Source of the DNA: Mycobacterium phage HermioneGrange
Sequence record: MK820638.1
Length of the DNA stretch: 32,000 nucleotides
Direction: 5' to 3' (one strand)
Notes under the pieces: model-generated
What the model was told of the DNA's origin: nothing
Database searches by the model: none
The model's input: only the letters and a program-made list of their open reading frames with translations
Shown here: one piece after another, positions 7,889-16,146 of the stretch
How positions within the stretch are numbered: position 1 is the stretch's first letter
Layout: the number at the start of each line of letters is the position of its first letter
Translations under genes and position numbers: made by a program

Positions 7889-9690
7889 TGCCAGCTCCCG
7901 CCGCAGACATGACAACCCTGGCGGGTCACCAGCAGCTCTGGGACACCGTCATGAAGCGCCGCCAGAAGCGGGAAGACGAGCGGATCGCACCGCCGTTGAT
8001 CCGCCTCTGGGACGGCGACTACAAGCTCCGCGGCCAGCTCGTCGGGGAGCGCAGCCACAAGTTCGAGTTCATCGAGAACGAGACCGGCACCGCGTCGATC
8101 ACGATCTCGCTGGACCACTACCTCGCTAAGTGGATCGCGTCCCACAAAGGCCGCGCCCGCCGCAACGTCCACGTCTCGTTCGACAAGCAGGGTGCCCGGT
8201 GGACGGGCCGCATGGACCACTACGACATCGTCCGGACCAAAGAGGGCGACGTCTACATGGAGGTCGTGTTCAAGCACGACTACGAAGAGCTCAAACACAT
8301 CTACGTCTGGGCGAACCCGTTCCTGCGGCCCGAGTTCCAGTTCCCGAAGCTGTGGGTGATGTTCGGACCCGCGAAGTGGGCGCTGCTGCTGACGCTGTTC
8401 GTCAACATCCTCCGCCTGGAGTCCTCGCTGTGGACGCTGCCCGACAACCCGTTGGACATCTCCGAGTGGTTCCCGTTCTCGCTGAACCCCGGTAACTGGC
8501 GCAACATCGTCAAGCCGTTCCCGTTCCTCGCGGACAACTCTCCGCTGACGATCGTGTTCTCCCGGTTCAAGTCGTTCCACGACACCGCGAAGAACGTCCT
8601 GGCCGACTCGCAGCTCACTATCGTGTGCCGCCGGTACTTCCACGGCGAGGACCCGCACCCGTTCGCGGAGCTGTCCGGTGAGCTGGGGCTGCCGCTGATC
8701 GAGGGTATCGCCTCGCTGATCCCGCTGCGCCACGGCTGCCTGGTCTGGGACATCGTCGACAACTCCGGGTGGGGTTCGGAGACAGCGTTTGGTGGGTCGC
8801 TGCTGACCGGCTTGGTCCGCGCGGTGATGAACATCGCGTCGGACGGCATGACCGAGGGCATCGACATCTACACCGGTCTACCGACCTACCCGGGTGAGTA
8901 CTACACCCCGGGGTTCCTCGGGACGTACCCGAAGGCTCCGCACGTGGTGTTCATGGAGTCCCCGTACACCGGCATCGAGTCCTCGAAGTTCACGTACACC
9001 GAGGCCACGGACACGTCGTTCGTGCTCGGAGGGCAGTCGATGCCCGGGGTGAACGAGATCATCTCGGCCGGCATCAACATGGGCGGCGACTTCCTGACGT
9101 CGCTGATCAACTCCCAGCTAGCCACGCTCGGCGCGTTCGGCGGCGCGATCGACCTCCCGCCGCTCGGCGGCATCATGGACGCGGTCGCCCGCCCGCTGTA
9201 CGAGAACGTGATCCTCGCGTTCATGGAGATTCCCACGCTCCGCGCAGCAGGCCTGAGCCTGCCGATCGCGGGGCTAGAGGACATCGTCACCGGCCTCGGG
9301 GATTTCCACTACAACGAGGGCTGGGTCGACGGCGCTGACAAAGCGTTCACGATCTCCGCGATCATGGCGGCCCGCGCTAAGCAGTGGGCTACCCGGGCGA
9401 AGCACTCGCACGAGATCCAGGTGTCCGACGCTGCCCCGTACATCATCGGTGAGCGTGGTCACGGGCATTTCTGGCTCGGTGACCGGGTCGGTACCACGGT
9501 CCTCGGCTACCCCGATCCGTACACGATCTTCGTGGAGCGGGTCACCAAGCTCACCTACGAGTGGACGTCCGACGGCCCGAAGGGCTGGACCATCACGATC
9601 GGTTACAAAGAGCCCGAGGACCCGATCCTCAAGGCGTTCGAACTGATCCAGTACATCAACTCCAACCTCGGACAGCTCGGCATTCTGTAG
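7888..9690 (+). CDS. Minor tail protein
   Basis: 600 aa; translationally coupled; second large minor tail gene after the tape measure. Confidence 0.85.
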   Translation: MPAPAADMTTLAGHQQLWDTVMKRRQKREDERIAPPLIRLWDGDYKLRGQLVGERSHKFEFIENETGTASITISLDHYLAKWIASHKGRARRNVHVSFDKQGARWTGRMDHYDIVRTKEGDVYMEVVFKHDYEELKHIYVWANPFLRPEFQFPKLWVMFGPAKWALLLTLFVNILRLESSLWTLPDNPLDISEWFPFSLNPGNWRNIVKPFPFLADNSPLTIVFSRFKSFHDTAKNVLADSQLTIVCRRYFHGEDPHPFAELSGELGLPLIEGIASLIPLRHGCLVWDIVDNSGWGSETAFGGSLLTGLVRAVMNIASDGMTEGIDIYTGLPTYPGEYYTPGFLGTYPKAPHVVFMESPYTGIESSKFTYTEATDTSFVLGGQSMPGVNEIISAGINMGGDFLTSLINSQLATLGAFGGAIDLPPLGGIMDAVARPLYENVILAFMEIPTLRAAGLSLPIAGLEDIVTGLGDFHYNEGWVDGADKAFTISAIMAARAKQWATRAKHSHEIQVSDAAPYIIGERGHGHFWLGDRVGTTVLGYPDPYTIFVERVTKLTYEWTSDGPKGWTITIGYKEPEDPILKAFELIQYINSNLGQLGIL

Positions 9691-9698
9691 CAGCCGAG

Positions 9699-9711
9699 CT
9701 TGATACGTAAC
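9699..9711 (+). promoter_or_regulatory. Stoperator-like 13-mer (CTTGATACGTAAC)
   Basis: rc GTTACGTATCAAG; intergenic. Confidence 0.85.
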
Positions 9712-9727
9712 GAAGAGAGCCCGCCAC

Positions 9728-10174
9728 ATGCACAAACCCCTGACCCAAGAACACGCCGACCCGGACAAGCCGGAGGAAGCCCTCGCCTGGGCTTTCTGGG
9801 GACTCCCCCACCCGTCCGGAGGCCACTCGCTGTCTAACCCGGTGATGGCCAAGTACTGGTCGAAGCACTTCACGGAGCTCGGGATTGTGCATGTGGACTC
9901 TCTGCGCCGGCTCGCTGACGAGAACGGCAACATCCACGTCAGCAAGCTGCCTCAGCAGACCAAGAAGTTCCAGGCTCCCGCCCGCGGGCCGCGGAGCCAC
10001 TACAACCCCGCTGCGCAGTGGGTTCCCTCGGATACCCCGGAGCCTCCGAAGTTCCGTGTCCAAGATCCTCGGACGCTCACCCAGCAAGAGCAGCAAGCCC
10101 AGCTCGACATCTACAAGCAAATGGGCCTGATTCCTACCGCACCACTGCCGCAGCATCAGGCTGCGGTCGAATGA
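9728..10174 (+). CDS. Tail-module protein, probable minor tail component
   Basis: 148 aa MHKPLTQEHADPDKPEEALAWAFWGLPHPSGGHSLSNPV...; synteny. Confidence 0.65.
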   Translation: MHKPLTQEHADPDKPEEALAWAFWGLPHPSGGHSLSNPVMAKYWSKHFTELGIVHVDSLRRLADENGNIHVSKLPQQTKKFQAPARGPRSHYNPAAQWVPSDTPEPPKFRVQDPRTLTQQEQQAQLDIYKQMGLIPTAPLPQHQAAVE

Positions 10175-10518
10175 GAGGCCCGCTTATGCCAGACCTGGAA
10201 GACACTCAGCCTTTGCACGTGTCTGACCTGCCTACCGAAGAGATGGACCTTGCCGAGCTGGACACAGGCGGCTTCGAGATCCCGCACCTGGGCTGGGACC
10301 TGGACAAAGACGGTGACATCGAAGGCATCGAGGAGTACGTCCCCGAGCCTGCGGTGCTGCGCGGCGCTGTGGCCGCGGGCCTGGGCTTCGCCGGGTTCGT
10401 CCTCGGTAAGACGTTCGACGTCTCGTGGATCGACCAGGCGGTCGCTATCTACGCGGTGGCTGCACCGTTCGTCCTCGGATTCGTGATCCGCCGCCACGTC
10501 ACCCCTACGGAGCGGTGA
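10171..10518 (+). CDS. Small membrane protein
   Basis: ATG 10171 (ATGA overlap) or 10186; hydrophobic segment GAVAAGLGFAGFVLGKTFDVSWIDQAVAIYAVAAPFVLGFVIRRH. Confidence 0.65.
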   Translation: MRGPLMPDLEDTQPLHVSDLPTEEMDLAELDTGGFEIPHLGWDLDKDGDIEGIEEYVPEPAVLRGAVAAGLGFAGFVLGKTFDVSWIDQAVAIYAVAAPFVLGFVIRRHVTPTER

Positions 10519-10520
10519 GC

Positions 10521-10814
10521 ATGTGGATCGAGCTCGGTGTCGCTGTCGTCTCTGGGGGCGCTGCTACCCAGGTTCTGACCGCGGTGTTCAACCGCCGGGT
10601 GAACCGGAAGGTTGAGCAGAAGACCGACAACGAGGCTGCTCAGGCTATCGCGGTCGCCGCGGTGACGCTCGTAGCTCCCTTGGAGGAGCGCCTGTCCCGC
10701 CTGGAGCAGCAGCACACGCTAGCCCTGACGTACATCCGCAGCTTGTGGTCGTGGATCGACCTGCACCTGCCGGGGCGTACCCCGCCTGCCCCGCCGGACC
10801 AGCTGCGGCTCTGA
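10521..10814 (+). CDS. Small membrane-anchored coiled-coil protein (holin-like architecture)
   Basis: 97 aa MWIELGVAVVSGGAATQVLTAVFNRRVNRKVEQKTDNEAAQ...; N-terminal TM plus heptad-like C-terminus. Confidence 0.65.
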   Translation: MWIELGVAVVSGGAATQVLTAVFNRRVNRKVEQKTDNEAAQAIAVAAVTLVAPLEERLSRLEQQHTLALTYIRSLWSWIDLHLPGRTPPAPPDQLRL

Positions 10815-10816
10815 AA

Positions 10817-10829
10817 CTTGATATGTAAC
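10817..10829 (+). promoter_or_regulatory. Stoperator-like 13-mer (CTTGATATGTAAC)
   Basis: rc GTTACATATCAAG, one change from consensus; intergenic. Confidence 0.8.
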
Positions 10830-10839
10830 GGAGGTCTTA

Positions 10840-12693
10840 GTGGCTGACGACCAGTGGGTACCTGACGTTCCAGACGGTGCGTTCGTCATCGGCGGCGGCG
10901 ACTACCGCTACGGCCAGGACATGACCGAGGACATCGCCCGGTCGCTGTTCCAGGTCCCGGACTTCAACCCGGCCAACGCGCTGCTGGTGCTGCCGCAGCT
11001 GCTGCTGCGCCTGCCGCTGGAAGCGCTGCAGAAGTTCAAAGACTTCATCCCGAACGTGCTGGAAGGCGCGTTCAACACCGTAGCCGGCGCGGTCGACGCC
11101 ATCATGGGCGCGATCCGCGAGACGCCGCGGGTGCTGGAGCAGATCCTCTCGTACCTGCCGCAAGAGCTGCGCGACGAACTAGAGCACGCCGCTGCGCGTA
11201 TCGGCGCGGTGATCGACGCGATCGTTCAGGCGCTCACCGGCACCTTGAACATCGGCCACACGATCGAAGACCTGATCTTCTCGCTGACCAACATCCGACC
11301 CGGTGCGGTCGGAGGCGTGCTCGGTGGCGGGTCGATCGAAGAGACCATCAAGCGCATCGTCGATGCGATCGTCTCGGGCATCGTCGGGGTCACCGGCATC
11401 GGTGCGGGGATCTCGGATCTCCAGTCGCTGATCGAGCAGATCTCCTCGGCGGCTGCCCGCGGCGGGTTCGCCTGGGACATCCTCGGTATCCAGAACAACA
11501 AGAAGCCGAAGTCCGGGCTGTACAAGTCCGAGCGCGGCAACTTCGACCTGGACACCCTGAACTCCACGGTCTCGGTCGCCCCCGGCACTTCGATCATCGC
11601 GTTCGATGTCATCGAGCAGTCGATGCCTATCGGCCTGATCACCTGGATCGGCTGGGGCACCTCGGGCATCACCGAGTTCTACATCAACGTCTACCGCTGC
11701 GTCGACGACCGCTCCGATCCGGAGCTGGGCGAGCTGATCCACCAGTCCGAGAACATCGCGGGTCTGCTGGCGGGCTCCGCGTCCCCCGGCGCGAACATGG
11801 CTTACGAACTCACTACCCCGATCGCGGCTGTAGCCGGCGACCTGCTGGCGTACGAGTTCATCGCCGTCGGCGGCACGCACACGATGCGCGGCCGGGACTT
11901 CAACCTCCCGGACAACGACGGCGCTCCGATCGGCAACGTCGGGGCTACCCGATCGCTGTCGACGCCTTCTCTTCCCCCGGCCACGCTGGACAAAGCCGAC
12001 GTCGCCTGGACCGACAACGTCCCCCGCGTCGGTATCGCGGTGGACACCGGCACCGGCTCGGATCACCACGACCCGCAGGTCGAGTTCTTCGAGAAGCCTG
12101 TAGCTATCCCTGTCCCGGCGTGGTGCGACCGCATCGACGCGATCGTCACCGGTAAGGGCGGCGAGGGTGCCGACGGGTTCCTCGGGTTCTACGGCAACCC
12201 CGGTCAGCCTGGCGGTGTCAACACCGTCACCTGGACCCGTGGTGAGCACTTCTCCGGTACCACCACGATCTTGGAGTGGGACGGCGCTGAGCTGTCGATC
12301 CCAGGGTTCGAGGTGTCGGCTGCCAACGGATCTAACGGCTCCGGTCAGCGCCCTGTGGCGCTCGGCAAGCCGGTCGGTAAAGGCATCGAGGAAGTCGAAT
12401 ACAACGGCCTGAAGCTGGCCGCTGGCGGTGACCAGCACGCGTACGGCGGCGCTGGTACCAAGCCTGGCGGCGGCGGTAACGGCGGTCACTGGCTCGGTAT
12501 CTACACCCAAGGTGGCCCCGGTGGACCCGCATGCGCGGCTGTCCAGTTCCGCAAGGGCGCTCTGCCTGGCGAGGTCGTGGGCGACGGCGAAGGCGACGTG
12601 ACGCCTCCGAACACCTCCGCGCTGCACGTCGACGTGTCTGCGACGTCCACCTCGATCACTATCACACCCTCGGGAGCTGTCGACGATGCCTAG
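10840..12693 (+). CDS. Minor tail protein (Gly-rich C-terminal portion)
   Basis: 617 aa, GTG start with RBS GGAGG; tail module position. Confidence 0.8.
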   Translation: MADDQWVPDVPDGAFVIGGGDYRYGQDMTEDIARSLFQVPDFNPANALLVLPQLLLRLPLEALQKFKDFIPNVLEGAFNTVAGAVDAIMGAIRETPRVLEQILSYLPQELRDELEHAAARIGAVIDAIVQALTGTLNIGHTIEDLIFSLTNIRPGAVGGVLGGGSIEETIKRIVDAIVSGIVGVTGIGAGISDLQSLIEQISSAAARGGFAWDILGIQNNKKPKSGLYKSERGNFDLDTLNSTVSVAPGTSIIAFDVIEQSMPIGLITWIGWGTSGITEFYINVYRCVDDRSDPELGELIHQSENIAGLLAGSASPGANMAYELTTPIAAVAGDLLAYEFIAVGGTHTMRGRDFNLPDNDGAPIGNVGATRSLSTPSLPPATLDKADVAWTDNVPRVGIAVDTGTGSDHHDPQVEFFEKPVAIPVPAWCDRIDAIVTGKGGEGADGFLGFYGNPGQPGGVNTVTWTRGEHFSGTTTILEWDGAELSIPGFEVSAANGSNGSGQRPVALGKPVGKGIEEVEYNGLKLAAGGDQHAYGGAGTKPGGGGNGGHWLGIYTQGGPGGPACAAVQFRKGALPGEVVGDGEGDVTPPNTSALHVDVSATSTSITITPSGAVDDA

Positions 12694-14164
12694 CGGACTT
12701 CGCGGTTACAACGTGTACCGCAACGGCGTTCGACAGAACACCTCCCCTGTGACGGAGCTCGGGTCGGTGACTATCACCGGCCTGACTCCGGATACCGACT
12801 ACTCCGATCAGATCACGATTACCGCTATCGACATGGCGGGTAACGAGTCGCTGCCCAAGACGCTGGCTGAGCTGGAGGCGGAAGCTGTCACCGACGCTTT
12901 GTCTCCGGCTGACCCGCTGGACCCGGTGGTCCGGGCGCAGATCGATGCGCTGGTAGCGGCGAAGATCAAGCCAACGTCGGGCAGGGTCGCTGACGGCGCG
13001 ATCATCGGGGTCGAGACCCCGACCGGGTCGTACTACAAAGCGTACGGCGGGGACCGCACCTCGAACACTCCGCTGACGCTGGAGAAGAACTTCCGGTACG
13101 GCTCGTGCTCGAAGATGTTCACTCACACCCTGATCCTCAAAGCGATCGACGACGGGCTGCTGGACTGGGACGACACGATCAGCGAGTTCGTCACCGGCGT
13201 CCCGAACGGGGACCAGATCACGATCCGGCAGCTGCTGCTGTTCCAGGACGGGCTCAAAGACTGGATGACAGACCCCGCGGTCCAGCAGACGTACTTCCTC
13301 AGCCCGACCAACTCGTTCGACCCGCTGAACTACATCCGTAACTCGGTGGTGAACTTCGCGCCGGGTCAGGGCTCGTCGTACTCGAACGCGGCCTCGTGGC
13401 TGCTGGGCAAGGTCCTGGAGTCCGTCTACAACGACGGCCGGACGGTCGATCAGATCGTCGTGCAAGAGTGGCAGTCCGAGGTCGATATGCCGTCGCTGCA
13501 CTGGCCGACGACGAACTACATGAACCCGCCGTATGTCCGGGGCTGGACCCCGAACCTGGCGCTGCCGCAGATCCAAGCGATCCTCGGGCCGTTCGCGTTC
13601 CTCGCGGCGTTCCTCGGCTACCCGACGTCCAAGGACCTGGAGTTCACCGCGGTCTCGACCTCGTGGTCGGGGGCTGCCGGTTCTCTCGCCGGGAACATGG
13701 AGGACTTCGTTCGGTTCGGTAAAGCGCTGTACGACGGGACGTTTTTGTCCGAGGAGATGCAGCAGCTCCGCAAAGAGATCTTCACGACGTACGTCGAGTA
13801 CGAGCCTGCGGGACCTCATCAGGGTCCGGGCTGGATGGGGTTCGGTCTGAACTCGATCTGCTGGGGAGCGTGGCAGGGTTGGGTCGGCAACCTCGGCGGC
13901 TACATCGCGGTCATCTTCTACAACTCCGAAGACGGATCGGTCATCGCGGTGACTCTGAACAACTTCTCGGCCCACGCCGACGCGGTCGATCTGTTCTACC
14001 AGATCGCTTACCTGCTGAACCCAGAGTCCACCGGTCACCGGGACTGGATCTTCCGTCCTGATCCTGCTGAGGACGAGGACGAGGTCCGTGACCCGACGCT
14101 GTACCTGACGGTCGAGTCCACCGGAGACAACCAGATCCCGGCTGACGTGCCGTTCGAGATCTAA
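12686..14164 (+). CDS. Minor tail protein with fibronectin type III and beta-lactamase/D-Ala-D-Ala carboxypeptidase-like domain
   Basis: FN3-like GLRGYNVYRNGV...SVTITGLTPDTDYSDQITITAIDMAGNES; serine hydrolase motif S-C-S-K in YGSCSKMFTHTLILKAIDDGLLDWDDTISEF and YSN in SSYSNAASWLLGKVLE. Confidence 0.85.
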   Translation: MPSGLRGYNVYRNGVRQNTSPVTELGSVTITGLTPDTDYSDQITITAIDMAGNESLPKTLAELEAEAVTDALSPADPLDPVVRAQIDALVAAKIKPTSGRVADGAIIGVETPTGSYYKAYGGDRTSNTPLTLEKNFRYGSCSKMFTHTLILKAIDDGLLDWDDTISEFVTGVPNGDQITIRQLLLFQDGLKDWMTDPAVQQTYFLSPTNSFDPLNYIRNSVVNFAPGQGSSYSNAASWLLGKVLESVYNDGRTVDQIVVQEWQSEVDMPSLHWPTTNYMNPPYVRGWTPNLALPQIQAILGPFAFLAAFLGYPTSKDLEFTAVSTSWSGAAGSLAGNMEDFVRFGKALYDGTFLSEEMQQLRKEIFTTYVEYEPAGPHQGPGWMGFGLNSICWGAWQGWVGNLGGYIAVIFYNSEDGSVIAVTLNNFSAHADAVDLFYQIAYLLNPESTGHRDWIFRPDPAEDEDEVRDPTLYLTVESTGDNQIPADVPFEI

Positions 14165-14175
14165 GGAGACAAGAG

Positions 14176-14577
14176 ATTTCTGCTCGTTACAACAGCTGCC
14201 GTGCTGCGGCAGCCAGAGGCGATATCGACTGGCTGAACGACGACATCCGGGCGTTGATGATCGACGCTGACGACTACACCGTGAACCTGACGTCGCACAC
14301 GACGCTAGCGAACATCCCGTCCGGGGCGATCATCGCTGTCTCGGAGAGCCTGACCGGCAAGTCGGTGACTTCCGCCGGCTGGGTGAAGGCCGACCCGACG
14401 GTGTTCCCCGAAGTTACGGGGGACACGGGTGAGGCGGTCATCGTCTACAAGCACACCGGTACTTCGTCTACGTCGACGCTGCTGTCGTATCACGACTCCC
14501 CTACTTACCAATTCGTCATCCCGAACGGGTCGGACATCCGTGTGATCTGGCCGACCGACGGGTTTATCCGCTTCTAA
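14176..14577 (+). CDS. Small tail/structural protein, probable ATT start
   Basis: Track gives TTG 14254, but the frame is open upstream with family-like sequence ISARYNSCRAAARGDIDWLNDDIRAL. AAGGAG at 14163-14168 is 7 nt from ATT 14176; no ATG/GTG/TTG upstream in frame. Confidence 0.65.
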   Translation: MSARYNSCRAAAARGDIDWLNDDIRALMIDADDYTVNLTSHTTLANIPSGAIIAVSESLTGKSVTSAGWVKADPTVFPEVTGDTGEAVIVYKHTGTSSTSTLLSYHDSPTYQFVIPNGSDIRVIWPTDGFIRF

Positions 14578-14586
14578 GGAGCACGC

Positions 14587-14778
14587 ATGGCACTTCCCGA
14601 GAACTGGACAGACGGTGTTGGTCAGCAGGTTGACGCGGCGTTTCTGAACCAGCTGGGTTCGGAGCACAACGCGATGCAAGACGCGCTCGGCGGTAAGTCG
14701 ATCCTGGTGATCACCCAGGAGGACTACGACGAGCTGGGGTCTCCGGACCCTGACACGATCTACGTGGTCGTCGAATGA
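14587..14778 (+). CDS. Small conserved tail-module protein
   Basis: 63 aa MALPENWTDGVGQQVDAAFLNQLGSEHNAMQDAL...; ATGA overlap with next gene. Confidence 0.75.
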   Translation: MALPENWTDGVGQQVDAAFLNQLGSEHNAMQDALGGKSILVITQEDYDELGSPDPDTIYVVVE

Positions 14779-15578
14779 GTCTGAAGGTCGGTGGCCTCGA
14801 CGTTGTCGGTGTGTTCGTCGGGGATGCTGCGGCGAAGGTCTACGTCGGCGCGATGAAGATCTGGCCTCCGGTTCCGGACTTCACCCCGTTCACGATCTCC
14901 AGCGAAGACCCTGGCTACGAGGATCTGATCGACGAGCAGGTGCCCGAGGGCGCATCCGGTTGCTGGGTCACCCTCGGCGGTGCGGGCGGCGGCGGCGGCT
15001 CCGGCCGCAGAGCCAACTCCGGCTACCGCTACGGCGGCGGCGGTGGTGGTGGCGGTGGCTACATCGACCGCGTCTGGATTCCGCGCGCGTCTCTCGGCTC
15101 GACGTTTACCCTCATCCGGGGCCTCGGTGGTGCCGGTGGAGCGCGGGCGGCGGGATCGTCCAACGGCAATAACGGCGCTCCCGGCGGCTCGACTGTGTTC
15201 TCGTCCGGCAGCGTTTCCCTGACGGCTAGCGGAGGGGCAGCAGGCGCGAGGGGCACTAGCTCGTCGTCCAGCGGAAGCGGCGGGGCCGGCGGTACAACCA
15301 GCATCTCCGGCATATCCGCAACAGGCTATACAGGTGGCAAAGGCGGCAACGGCGGCAGTAACCCAACTAGCGGGCAAAGCCGGACGGACGGTTCAGGCGC
15401 TGGCGGTCGGGGTGCTGGAGGCCTCCTGTCCAACGACAACAGCATCAGCAGCGGCAGCAACGGAACCAGCTCCGGCCCCGCGGGGAACGGCGGCGGGGGG
15501 ACCAGCGGAGCCATAAACACGGGCGGATCAAACGCAGGTGGCGGCGGTGACGGCTACGTCCTGATCGAGTGGGAATGA
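14775..15578 (+). CDS. Gly-rich minor tail protein (receptor-binding/tail tip type)
   Basis: 267 aa; GGAGGGGGSGRR...YRYGGGGGGGGGYIDR... and ending GGGGDGYVLIEWE, typical of phage Gly-rich fibre tips. Confidence 0.8.
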   Translation: MSLKVGGLDVVGVFVGDAAAKVYVGAMKIWPPVPDFTPFTISSEDPGYEDLIDEQVPEGASGCWVTLGGAGGGGGSGRRANSGYRYGGGGGGGGGYIDRVWIPRASLGSTFTLIRGLGGAGGARAAGSSNGNNGAPGGSTVFSSGSVSLTASGGAAGARGTSSSSSGSGGAGGTTSISGISATGYTGGKGGNGGSNPTSGQSRTDGSGAGGRGAGGLLSNDNSISSGSNGTSSGPAGNGGGGTSGAINTGGSNAGGGGDGYVLIEWE

Positions 15579-15584
15579 TTCGCG

Positions 15585-15597
15585 CTTGACACGTAAC
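15585..15597 (+). promoter_or_regulatory. Stoperator-like 13-mer (CTTGACACGTAAC)
   Basis: rc GTTACGTGTCAAG; overlaps a consensus -35. Confidence 0.85.
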
Positions 15598-15614
15598 CAT
15601 GTTACGAGTAAAGT
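15586..15614 (+). promoter_or_regulatory. Candidate sigma-A-type promoter
   Basis: TTGACA (15586-15591), 17-nt spacer, TAAAGT (15609-15614). Confidence 0.6.
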
Positions 15615-15628
15615 CGTCTGCAAGAGAA

Positions 15629-15671
15629 CGACCGGCGGGGCTAAGGCCTGAGAAACCAACCCCGTCGGTCG
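15629..15671 (+). promoter_or_regulatory. Leader stem-loop (12-bp stem)
   Basis: CGACCGGCGGGG (15629-15640) pairs with CCCCGTCGGTCG (15660-15671) with a single G-U; 19-nt loop. Confidence 0.6.
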
Positions 15672-15698
15672 CACACCCACCATCAGGAAGGCACTGTT

Positions 15699-15995
15699 AT
15701 GTTACGCACTATCGCTGCCGCGGGCATCCTCGCGGCTGGTCTCGGGCTCGGTATCGCACCGATCGCCCAGGCTGCTCCGGCTCACTGCTCGAACCACGGC
15801 TTCGGTCACGGTCAGATCTACAAGCACGCCTGCGCTACCGGCTCCGGCGGAGCCAGCGCTGACTGGAACCCCGTGTTCAACGACGACGGCTCGTACAAGA
15901 CCGTTCACAAAAACGGCAAAGACCACAAGGTCTACAAGTGCGTTCGGCACTGCGGCGGAGGCCGCGGCAAGACCGAGACCACCGATCCGTGGTGA
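15699..15995 (+). CDS. Small secreted protein with signal peptide, unknown function
   Basis: 98 aa MLRTIAAAGILAAGLGLGIAPIAQA/APAHCSNHG...; RBS AGGAAGG; four Cys in the mature part. Confidence 0.8.
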   Translation: MLRTIAAAGILAAGLGLGIAPIAQAAPAHCSNHGFGHGQIYKHACATGSGGASADWNPVFNDDGSYKTVHKNGKDHKVYKCVRHCGGGRGKTETTDPW

Positions 15996-16017
15996 TCTAA
16001 CCCCGCATACCAAGAAA

Positions 16018-16056
16018 CCCCCTACCCGGCCCGCGAAGGCTAGGTAGGGGGCTTTT
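16018..16056 (+). terminator. Rho-independent terminator
   Basis: CCCCCTACC (16018-16026) / GGTAGGGGG (16043-16051) followed by CTTTTCTTG. Confidence 0.85.
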
Positions 16057-16097
16057 CTTGTTTCAGTGGGTATGGCCGTGATGACCTGTGTCTTCGT

Positions 16098-16145
16098 GGT
16101 TTGTCTGGTCAACCACCGCGGTCTCAGTGGTGTACGGTACAAACC
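16098..16145 (+). other. attP: attP site, Bxb1-type
   Basis: GGTTTGTCTGGTCAACCACCGCGGTCTCAGTGGTGTACGGTACAAACC matches the published Bxb1 attP as I recall it; core GCGGTCTC 16118-16125, central GT 16121-16122. Confidence 0.95.
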
Positions 16146-16146
16146 C

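Noticed and set aside
11179-14038. 482-aa and 458-aa - strand ORFs opposite the minor tail genes
   Set aside because: Same antisense pattern; whole left arm is transcribed on +, no RBS or domain support.
14980-15222. Gly-rich DNA considered as a CRISPR or tandem-repeat array
   Set aside because: Repetition is codon-level (GGY/GGC) low complexity inside the Gly-rich tail ORF; no fixed repeat-spacer periodicity.
16066-16146. N-terminally extended integrase start
   Set aside because: Would translate through attP; ATG 16147 matches the known Bxb1 integrase start MRALVVIRLSR.
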